Below are positions 11,178 through 22,156 of a stretch of 64,000 bases of DNA, piece after piece. This DNA is from Monocercomonoides exilis PA203 (taxonomy: Eukaryota > Protista > Preaxostyla). The position numbers and the translations under genes were made by a program. Below the pieces are notes generated by a model. The model worked only from the letters and a program-made list of their open reading frames with translations, did not search any database and was not told the DNA's origin. Numbering within the stretch: position 1 is the first letter of the stretch; every line of letters begins with the position of its first letter. The DNA lies in assembly GCA_001643675.2 (NCBI GenBank), contig LSRY02000002.1, positions 248,001 to 312,000 on the forward strand, read 5' to 3'.

Positions 11178-13467
11178 ATGACAACTGTTTTGTGCATTAA
11201 TCCAAATTGCGAAAGTATTTGATATTTTTGTTGAAATGCCAAGTAAATTTTTATTTCTTTGATTTGTTAAGGCCCAAAAAACGATTCCAAACTTACAAAA
11301 TGCGCCTCCTGTGGAACGCGCTTGCTTTTACATAAAAGATTTTTGGCACTGAGACTACTAGGCAAAGGAGCATTTGGAAGAACATATATTGCCCACGATG
11401 CTCAGAAAGTGAAGGAAAAACAATACCCTTTGTATGAATTTTTGTTTTCTTGAATCCTTTAATTACTTCGCCATTAGTGTCGTGCTTAAGATGTTCTTTA
11501 GTGCATTTACATCTGAGAAAGCTACCGAACTTTTTAAAGGAGAAGGTTTTGCTATTTTATTTTTGAGAGAAAAATTTTATATTCCATAACTATTGTTTAG
11601 CCAAGCAACTTAAAATGCTTAGTCACACCTGCATTCCACAATACGTTGATGACTTTGAACAGGGTATGAAATATTTGGTTGCTTTTTACAAGACTGATGC
11701 TTCTTTTATTTTTTTATTAATTAAGATGGACGTCTCTTTCTTGTTCAAGAGCATATTGAAGGTCAGACATTAACGACAATTACCCAAAAAAAAGGGTGTT
11801 TTACCGAAGAAGAAGTCAAAATCTTTTTGAGAAACATATGTCCTGTCATCAAATACATCCATTCACAGGGAGTTATTCATAGAGATATAAAGCCAGATAA
11901 CATAATGTTAAGGAGAAGAGACATGAATTACATACTTGTCGATTTTGGAGCCTCTCATTGGTTTGATTTTTATTTTTGATAATTTTGACACAAAGATTTC
12001 TTTTTTTGACAATGTTCATGAACTTTTTTTTGTTGAAATATACTTGATATGTGATACCTGAAATTTGTCTTTGCGAATGTTCAGGAAACAGGAAGCAGAA
12101 ACAATGACAGCAGCAGCGAAAGGATCAGCTTCTTCATCATCTCCCTTTGCAGCAGCGACATCTTCAGTGACAACGATATCACCTCTGACTGAGGATGATG
12201 ATGAGATTGAAGGGACTGTTATTGGCACACCAGGATTCATTGCACCCGAAGTGCTGAATGGAGAAAGAAACCCCAAATGCGACTATTATTCGCTGGGAGT
12301 GACTGCGCTGTATTTGCTTACAGGTGTGAACCCGACAAGAATCAGAGGAGGCGTCCAGAAATGGAAGGATGCAATTGATGTCACTGGAACAAGCGCTGAA
12401 CTTGTGGAGGTTTGCAATTAATGAAATGATTAATAAAGCTTTTATTTATGAAAGGCAACAAACTTTTTACCAAAAAATAATTATTTTACATTGTTTTTCA
12501 TTCAATTTTTTTGTTTTTCTCCGCTTCTCATTCCCGTTCATCTCAATTGAATAATGTTATTTCCCTCACAGATGATAGACAACATGATCACGCTGGATGT
12601 CGAAAAGCGTCAGCTTCCCACGTTTTCGTCTGTTCCGAACTTCTCCAACGCGACTCTGATCAAAACAGCCATCGACATCAAAAAGCCCTCTTCTGCTTCG
12701 CGTTCTGCTGCTTCGAGCTCTTCCTCTGACCAATCGCAGGCTGCCCCTGTGAAAGGCGTCAGATGGAACCGTAAAGGTCTGCTGACATCAGTTTTTTTGC
12801 TTTCTTTATTTAAATGAATGATTCATTGAACTCTCTCTTTCTCTTTCACTCTTTTTCAACTTCACAATTATCTGTATTTTTGTACTCTTTTGTACAACAC
12901 TTATTCCCAAAATGTTACAATTCAAACAAAACATCATATAATCATCCAGACATTTCACTTCCTTCAATCGATCTTTCATCTGCATCGACAGCGTCTGTGA
13001 CGTTGACTGCGTCTGGAGCCGATCTCCTGATGCTCCGCCTGTTTGTTGTTCTGTTCTGCATCGCCCTTCTCTTCTTTGCCCCCTTCTTCTCCTCGTTCTT
13101 CTCTTCTTCCTCATCCACCCTCGCTCCTGTCATCCGCATCCTCTTCGTCGGCTCAGCTGGTGCTGCTGCGTTCCTCTTCACCCGCTTTCCTACGCAGCTG
13201 AAGCAGACGCTCCTGCGGCTCGCCTGCCTCGACAAGCTCATCTCGTCCGCAAAGAAGCTCCGAGCAGCTGACGGCAGACAGAACAGAAGCAGCTCTTCTG
13301 CCCGCCAAAACGCCCCGCCGCCTCCTGCACCTTCAGCTGGAGCGCATTCTGAAGCTCCGTCTAATCCATTCACACAGACAATGGCCGGAGCCTCGACGAT
13401 GGGCAAGGCATCGGCTGCTCCTCCACAGACACACATCGTGTCGGGAATGCAGAAGAAGAATGCGTAG
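11178..13467 (+). CDS. Ser/Thr protein kinase, bacterial Pkn2 (cyanobacterial-like) type, with N-terminal 4-Cys motif and C-terminal TM segments; ~8 exons
   Basis: Spliced translation MTTVLCINPNCESPKNDSKLTKCASCGTRLLLHKRFLALRLLGKGAFGRTYIA..VVLK..KATELFKGEAKQLKMLSHTCIPQYVDDFEQDGRLFLVQEHIEGQTL..IHRDIKPDNI..VDFGA..GTVIGTPGFIAPE..DYYSLGVTALYLLTG. GT-AG introns start at about 11215, 11432, 11546, 11663, 11960, 12410 and 12778. Confidence 0.88.
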
Positions 13468-14246
13468 AGACAATCCCTGTATTTGTTACCTCTCCTTCCC
13501 CTTCCCCGTCGTTTTTAATTTTCTTTTTTTCTTTTTTCTTTTATCTTTTTTTTTCCTTTTCTTTTGTTATTTATATTTTTTTCTTTTTGGGGCTAATAGG
13601 TTGAGCACTTCTTGTTTTTCAAGGCTTGTCTTCGGCATAATGTTGAGTTCAAACTAATCCTTTTTATAATAAAAAACTTGTATTTAGCTTGTTTCATTAT
13701 TTTGTTATTTTCCAATTTTAATGCTTATCTTTTTGACAATATTTATCCTATCCTTCACAGTCATTTAGAAATAGTTGCTTTTTTCATCAAAAGCATCAAA
13801 AAGTACTTATTTAACAAATCCTTTTAACCCTTTTCTATTTATTTCGTTTTGCTATTGAAAAATCAGAAAATATGAAATGATTGAAAAAGAAGGAACGTGA
13901 GCTTAGACGAATTCCTAAAGAAGTTCTTGTTTGTTTGCCTTTGAAGTCAGTGAATCGCAACTCAGATTCCCCAAAGGATTAACCAAACACATTACAAATA
14001 ATTTGTTTGTTTCAATCATCAAAATGAATCGAGCAGATGTTTCTTTAATTATGTTGCAAAGCGAAAAATGAAACGATCATTCCATTTGAAATATTCTTGT
14101 AAGAAATACATACAAAAAATTTCCAAAAAAACATGAGAAATACAACAAAATCAATGTTGGCAGTAACACGATGAAAATCTATTGAGTCAATTAAAAATTG
14201 TTATAAAAATATATAAAAATTGATTTATCACAAAAAAAGATCTCTT

Positions 14247-17163
14247 CTAAACTACTTTTAGCTTTTCCTTCTCCTTCAATCTTTCTCTCTCCCTCTCTCT
14301 TTCCCTTTCCCTCTCCCTCTCCTTTTCCCTTTCCCTCTCTCTTTCTCTCTCCTTCTCCTTCTCCTTGTGCTTCTCAATCTTATCTATTGTGAACGGCGAA
14401 GTGACGGGATGATACGGCGGAGGCAGCGTCGCAGCCATCTCTGGTGCAACAGACCGCAAAGCTGCCCGCAGAAGCTGGTTCTCCTTCCACAGCTCATCCA
14501 CATCCAGCACCAGATAATGCGTCGTCCGCGACAGATGCTCCAGCGCATACCGCGGGTCGCTGTCGCTGTGGAAGACAGGCAGCGAAAGAGAAGCTGATGA
14601 CACTGCACTGCCAACAGCACCGGATGAACCGCCTGATGGATTCTGTATCACAAATGCTCTCTCTCTCTCTCTGTCTCTCTCTCTCTCTCTTTCCCTTTCT
14701 CTCTCTTTCTCTCTTTCCTTATCTTTATCTTTATCTTTCTCCTTCTCCTTCTCTGTCTTCTCCAAATCAGCAGACGAGTCAGTCCAGCTGAATCTGCCCA
14801 CTCTTCCTGTTTTGATGTTCTGTGAATGCGACGAATGGATCTGAGGGGCGGGAGAGGTGTAAGGCGACACCTGCGAAGAAGGCGTGACAGAAGAGGAGAC
14901 AACACACGAGGAAAGAGAAGAGGCTGCTGTGGCTGGAGTGGTGATGGGCGTCTGTGAAGGGAAGGTGGGAACTGGATTGGAGATTGTGGTAGGCGTCATT
15001 GAAGAAGCTCCTGCCGAATTCAGAGCAGAAGAAGAAGAGGAGGAAGACGATGATGATGACAATGAAGCAGTAGAAGCAGACTGAGGAAGTGGAGTTGCTG
15101 CACTGGCAGAGACAGAAGGAGGGTTGAGGGGTGATAGTGCTGCCGATGACAGCTGAGCAGAAGCAGCGCCTTGAGCATTCGTAACAGCAGCAGAAGACAC
15201 AGCCATCGCAGCGTGTGGAGTGGCTGCCAGCTGCATCTGATGCGACGGAGTGCTTGGCGGAGAGGGGCCAGTGGCAGAGGCAGAGGCTGAGCCAGGCGGT
15301 GCGGGCGAAGTGGAGCTGGTGCCAGGCGACGTGCCGTGTGGGACCTGCTCAACAGACGCTGCGACACACGCGAAGGAAGGCGGCTGGACGACAGGTGCGA
15401 CGATCTGAGGCATTTGATAAGGGGAAGTGGAGGAAGGGACAGCAGAAGGGTTGGAGACAGGCATCGCGACGAGAGGGGAGGCAGAGGAAAGAGCCATGGG
15501 AGATGCAGAAGAGACGCCTGGAGAAGCCATCAACGAGGCTGGCGTTGGCTGCGGAATGGTCAGAGTGCTGGGAGTGTGTGACTGCTGAGAAAGAGCAGCG
15601 GAATGGGGAGCATTTGGCGTGGCTGGTGAGATTGAGACAGGCTGAGCGAGTGAATGCGGTGGAGCCTGTACAGCAGGCGATGCGAAGGCAGCTGGATGGC
15701 GTGGAGGAGGCGGTGGCTGTGTTGGAGAAAGGGCAGCAGCTGAAGTGGAAGACGCAGCCGACGGAACAGACTGTGCTGCCTGGCTGTGCATTTGTGGCTG
15801 TGTTGGCTGCGGCTGGCTGAGTGTCGGTGTGAGCTTCCGGTGCGGCTCTTTGTCTCTATCACTCAGAAGCACTTTCTCAACTTCATTCTCCTCCTCCTCC
15901 TCTTCTTCCTCTTCGTCCTCGTTCTGCGATGTCTGAGTGATTGAGCTGAAGTCCCACATTCCGCTCGCTCCTTTCGCCGGTTGCCTTTTCTCGCCTTTGA
16001 CAATCCCATCCAAATCGTCTGAGCCGGTCGACAGAATTGAAGAGATGCTTTCGCCTTCTTTGTCTTTCCTCTCCTTCTCTCTCCGCTCTTTGTCCTTCTG
16101 CCGCTCCTTTTCTCGCTCTTTCGCCAGCTGCATACGCACCTCTAGTGGTGCAATTTTCATCATCACCTCTCTCTGAACAAGCTCCTTTCCTTTTGCCTGC
16201 TGGAAGAAGTCGTGCTTCAACAGCTTTTTGGCGGTTGGACGCTTTCGAACATCCTTTTGAAGGCATCCATTCACAAAATCATGGAAAGCATGTGAAAACG
16301 GATGCGATGGATCCACATCCTCCAGCTGAGGCGGAGGCCGCGACAGAATCATCGTCAGCACTTTCATAGGAGCGTACTGAGAAAGCGGTGCTGCTCCTTT
16401 CGAGAGCTCAATTGCTGTGATTCCCAACGACCAGATATCTGCTTTCCAGTCATACCCTGTTGACATTTCAACGACTTCAGGAGCCATCCAGCAAGGTGTT
16501 CCAGCAAAAGTGCCTCGTTTATCTCTTCGTTCTCCATGCTCAATTAAAAACGCACTCACACCGAAGTCACCAAGATAAGCATTTCCATTTCGATCAAGTA
16601 AAATATTTGCTGCCTTCACATCTCTATGGATTTGGCCTTGATTGTGAATGTAGTCCAAGGCATGAAGCACATTTTTTAGGATTGTAGCTATAACTGCTTC
16701 GGAAAATCCAGTTTTAAACTGAGCCTTCATTATGTCCAGACATGATCCTTGAATGAATGTTTGCAAAAATATATAAATCACAAATAATATTGTCAACAGA
16801 CCTTCTAGTAGAGGCATCACAAGCCATAGGCTGCTTTGATGAATAAATGAAATGACAATACCAACAATATTTGGATGAGAAGAAAGAGAAAGGATTCGAA
16901 TCTCTTTCTATTATTTTATTAAAAAAAAATATAACAAAAAGTGACATATAATCTCTTTTTAGATAGGATAAAGAACGTCATACTAGTATTTCATCCATAG
17001 ATCCTTGAACCTTTTCTAAGTCGAGGATCTTAATTGCGACCTCTTCATTAAAAGGTATACAAAGAGCCTTATAAACTGTTGCAGACGAGCCTTTTCCTAT
17101 CTCACAAATGATTTTATAAGCAGATGCATCAGCGGGATATTCTCTTGGCTCCGGTTCTGCCAT
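14247..17163 (-). CDS. STE20 GCK-VI kinase (OSR1/SPAK/Fray-like), 3 exons, long S/P/A-rich tail with RE repeats
   Basis: YPADASAYKIICEIGKGSSATVYKALCIPFNEEVAIKILDLEK; HPNIV; QIHRDVKAANILL; DFGVSAFL; RGTFAGTPCWMAPEV; GYDWKADIWSLGITAIEL; APMKVLTMIL. Exons about 17163-16984, 16907-16802 and 16747-14247. Confidence 0.9.
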
Positions 17164-17233
17164 CAAAATTCCAGAATAATTCTCTGAAAAAAGACTTTAG
17201 AATATAGAAAAATGGGTATGAGATCAAAATCTA
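17164..17233. promoter_or_regulatory. Putative 70-bp bidirectional promoter/5' UTR region between the OSR1/SPAK-like kinase and the SLC12 transporter
   Basis: Divergent ATGs at 17163 (-) and 17234 (+); function inferred from geometry only. Confidence 0.55.
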
Positions 17234-20200
17234 ATGACAACGCTTTTTGGGGTTGAGGATACGACAGAATTTGCCGTTCAGAAGAAACTCGAATCCTCAA
17301 AACAGAAAAAAGGGATGGGAATGATTAATGGAGTCTTTGTATCGACTGCATCAAACGTTTGAGAGAAAAGATTAATATTCTTGTTTATAATGATTATTCT
17401 TTCTAGATTCTCGGAACTTTAATTTATGTGCGTCATAGTTATATTGTAGGAGAAGCTGGTCTTGGATTTTCTATGCTGTTTTGGGCAATTATTGTATTTT
17501 TGGTATGTAAATATGAAAATCAAATATATTAAAGAATTCATATTTCATTGTTTTTTCTGAACATTATAGACTTATTTAACAATTTGTTCTACGAGTGCTC
17601 TTGCTACAAACGGAAAAATAGAAGGTTTTTAATCTTTTTTAACAAAAATATCTTTTTTCAATTTTCTTTTTTTTAAAACTGAATTATAATTAGAGGGAGG
17701 AATATATTTTCTAGTAAGTAGAAACATGGGCCCTGCTTTTGGAGGAACAATTGGGATACTATTTAGTATAGTATGAATATTTGATTGTTGGACTTGCGTT
17801 TTAAAACTTCTTGAAAATTATTAATCAAATTTAGGCAACAGCTCTTGCAACTGCCATGGAAATTCTGGGCTTTTCTGAAATCTTTTTGGATGTGTTTCCG
17901 TTTCATTTTACTGCGAATTTTGACAGACAACTTATTGCACTCGCTGCAACAATGTTCCTGCATATATTTATTTGCATTGGAATGAAATTAGTTTGCTTTA
18001 TAAATAAATTTGAATTATTGAAAAATTTGAATGTTTTCTTGTAATTTACTGTTGCACATTATTTAGATATCAAAACTTGAAATTTTCTTTTTGATAGCTC
18101 AAATAACAGCTCTTTTGTCTCTTCTCTTAGGAACATTCAAAAAGAACCCTGAATTGGGCATTGCAATGTCCTCTGAAAACATTCGCAACAACTTTACCCC
18201 AGGATTCACAGGAGGCAACAATTTTCTGATGATGCTTGGGGTGTATGTGACTTGCTACATGGATTCACTGACTGGCTGCTCACGTTCAGGAGAGCTTGCC
18301 GATCCGTCCAAATCTCTTCCAACGGGACTTCTATTGTCTCACACGTTCTGCTCTTCGATCTATCTCACCGCTCTGATTCTGTTTGCGTCTGCTGCGCCAA
18401 GAAACGTGCTGCAAGGCTCGCCCACGGTGATGGTAGCGAACGGGTGGCCGCATCCGCTTGTGTGTCAGATTGGCGTGCTGATTGATTCACTGGGAGCATC
18501 CATGCAGTTTCTATCATCGGCGCCGCGTGTGCTGCAGGCAGTTGCCAATGACGGCACTGTTCCGTTTCTGAAGATCTTCCAGTCGAAAGGCGAGCCGCGG
18601 AGGGCAATGGTCTTCACCTTCATTGTGGCTGCTGCCATCATCTGTGTCGGAGAGCTGAATGTAGCCACGCCGCTGATCTCTCTTTTCTTCTTCCTCTGCT
18701 ACGGCTCTATCCACCTCGTGTGCTTCATCCTCTTCTACAACAAAGACCCCTCTTTCAGACCGACTTATCGCTTCTGCAACAAATGGACTTCTCTTTTGGG
18801 TCTAATCATGTGTTTTGTGATGATGTTCATATGCTCTTGGTATTTGGGTATGCATTTCTTCTTCATTTTTTATTTAATGTTTATCATATTTATTATAATT
18901 ACTTTCAATCATTATTTCTTCCTGTTATTCATTGTTTTGATGAATAAATTCCTCATTCAGCCATTGTTGTTCTGATGGTCGCAGTTGGGCTGTACCTGTA
19001 CATCTCAAAAGTGGGTGTCACCAGAAACTGGGGTGATTCAAGGTCAGGTCTGCAGTTCCAGGCAGCGAAGAATGCGCTCATGTCTCTCGAGCAGATGAAG
19101 CACCACTCGCGAAATTGGCGTCCGCAGCTGCTTGTCTGCTCGAAGATCGGAGATGTGGCTCCATGTGGAGAAGAAGAGAAGATGCAGAAGAGAAGGAAAA
19201 AACAGCTGGAGAAGGTAGAGAAAGCAGCACGCTCAAAAAAGCAGATCGAAAGCCGGCTGAGCAAAAAGAGGAGGAAGGGTGCGATGAAAGACGAGGTGCA
19301 TGGGATGCTCCATTCACCTGACGAAGAACTGGCACTGGGCAACAAAAGCGGGAAAGGGGCAGCGCAGGCGAAGCTGCCGCAGCAGAAGCAGCAGAAAGAA
19401 GGAAAGAGAGGAGGAGTGGCAGCAGATGACAGCGATCCAGAGCCCTCAGACGATGAGAACAACAAGGGATTCAATGGAGACATCACGACATCTGAAGAGC
19501 CAAAGGCGACAATCAAAAACATGTTCATGCCACCAAAACAGAAACAGGAAGCGTCAGAGGCAGATGTGGCAGCGTCGTCGATGACATGGACATCAGAGCG
19601 GATGGGGTCGACAAAGGCATACATCGACATCATGCGGAGAAGGAGGCAGTCACCACCGCCGTCATTCTTTTCCTCACGTGGCACGTCAATTGGCGGAAGA
19701 AACACAACAATGTCTGCTTCACCTGGTCTGTATGACTATCCAATCCCGACCATCACACCTTCCTTCATTTCATCCACCTCATCGCTCTCTTCATCGGGGC
19801 TGACCACAACAGGGCTCACCCTCACCCGCGAGGATGCGAATGCGATTATGGCAGTGGATGCGCAGCTGGAGGTGCTTTCGCCTGTGGACGAGTCGAACCT
19901 CATCAACTTTGCCAAGCAGCTCACACAGGGCGGGTCAGGGCTGGTTGTGTTTGGGCATGTCATTCCGACAGGAGACAACACAGTCGACGATGAGACGGTG
20001 GAGTACATGAAGGCATCTGTCGACGCCTTCAAGACAAGACTGGAGAAGACGATCAAGATGAAGGCGTTTGTAGAAGGCGTGTGCTGTGAGAGTGTGTATT
20101 CTGGCTTGTCTTCGCTGATGCAGTGCACAGGGATTGGGCAGTTCAGGCCGAATGTGGTGCTTCTGGGATGGCCTGCCCGCTGGCACGCACACCCACTCGC

Positions 20201-21716
20201 AGGAGAAGGGTTTGTGAAGACGATGCAGGAGGCGGTGCTGCTGAAGAAGTCGGTGATCATCCTCAAGTGCTCTGGAGGTTACATCAACGACAGCTTCGGA
20301 GAGCCAACTGCTGTGCCAGAGACGGAAGCAATAGAAGGAGAGGAAGGCGAGGAAGAAGTGAAAGGAGATGAAGGTCTAAAAGGAGAAGGAGAAGGAGAAG
20401 AACGAAGAGAAAGGGGCAGTCCCATGTCTCCTTCCAGTGGAAGTGACGAAGGCAGCGACGAAACACACTCTGCTCGCTCTGCCCGCTCAACCGACCAGCT
20501 TCTTGTTGGCGGAAGGAAGTGGCCAGTTGTGCCGATCGCAGACTCGACAATTGACGTGTGGTGGATCCTGTTTGACGGAGGGCTGCTTGTGCTGCTGCCG
20601 ACGCTGCTGAAGAAGACGGCTGTTTGGAAGGACTGCAAGCTGCGCATCTTCACCGTGGCGTCGCCGCAGGACGAGACAGACAAGATGAAGCAGTTCATTG
20701 CGACGTATCTGAAGAAGCTGCGGATAGAGGCGAGCGTGGAGGTGGTGGTGCTGAACAAGGACTCGTTGGACGCATACAACGAGCAGCGCACTGTGATGAT
20801 TGCGGACCGGCTGAAAGTGCTGCATCTGATGGAGATGGTGCATGCTTCTTCTGCGCCTTCTTCTGCCTCACGTTCATCGTCGTCATCATCACTGGGAGCA
20901 GACAAATCTGGCTTCACAAGCGTGTCTATTTCATCGTCTTATGGCGGGATGTCACTGATGGACGACAGCAGCATCAAGAAACAAGGCAGCGGCAGTGCGA
21001 TGGAGCTGCAGGTGGATCCAGATTTGGACTTGATGCGTTCTCTTTCATCGAAGAAAGGGAAGCACATGGAAGGGACGTTGAAGCGGAGGGAAAGCAAACT
21101 GCTCAGTGACAACGAGGCGCTGGAGGCAGGTGCAGGAGACGTTTCAGTGAAAGATCCGCCAGAACAGGAGAAGAGAGCAGAAGAGGCATCGTCTTCGACT
21201 CCGCTGCATGCTCCAGTGAATGAGATGCCTGTGCTGTCACCCGGCGTGGGCAGTCTGTTTGACGGCGGAGAGACCTATCGCACAAAAGTGACTGACATCT
21301 TCCCTTCGATCGGGCACAAAAGGGCAGACGAGAGCGGAGCCAGCGAGAAAGCAGAGGACGAGCTGCAGCCTGTTCAGACACAGCGCATCGTGTTCCAGCC
21401 GTACAAGTCGTCTTCTTCTGCCTCCAGCTTCCCCGAAGATTCGACGTGGACGCTTTCCCACTCGTCTTCGCCTGTTTCCCTGCACAACGAGGCCACAAAG
21501 AAGGAGCTGATTGACTCGGCGGTGCGTCTCAACCAGCTCATTCTCGAGTCTTCCTCAAATGCTGCGCTTGTTCTTGTGAATCTTCCTCATTTTGAGAAGC
21601 TGTCGATTTCTGAGCTGGACTATCTGGAGTATGTGAATGCAATGACTGAGGGGCTCTCCCGCACTGTGCTCATCAGAGGAAGCGGAGAGGAGGTCGTAAC
21701 ACACAAATCTGCATAA
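17234..21716 (+). CDS. Cation-chloride cotransporter (SLC12 family, KCC-like C-terminal domain), ~7 exons
   Basis: [151 protein letters not shown]. Confidence 0.93.
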
Positions 21717-22156
21717 GAAAAAAAATGTTGTTTTTAACATTTATCGGATATGCAATAGTGTGTCTTTGAGGTAAGTAGTTAATTTTTAGCATTCATCGAA
21801 ATATTTCTGAATTGATAGGCATTCATTTTCATAATAATCTATCTTTTGTATCTAACAACTATTAGCTATTCTTTTTTATCATTCTTCTTTTCACATTTCA
21901 TATTTTGTATTCTTTTCTGTTCAACAATTCCCAATAATATTTTTTTGAGAAATATCTTCTTCTAGTCTTCGAATTTTGATGTTTAATAATTTGAGTTTTA
22001 TATCTTTATAACTTTTAGATCTATTATTGACTGTTCTTTTCGAGGATTTTGATTAGTTGTAATTCATTTTTATTTATGTTACCAGACAATATTCAAAATT
22101 TATATGTAGTTATGGCATGGATCATGCTTCAAAGTGTTATTTTTTAGGTTTACGGC

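Noticed and set aside
14270-14760. (CT)n-rich tracts as independent microsatellites or an array
   Set aside because: They encode the kinase's RE/KE repeats
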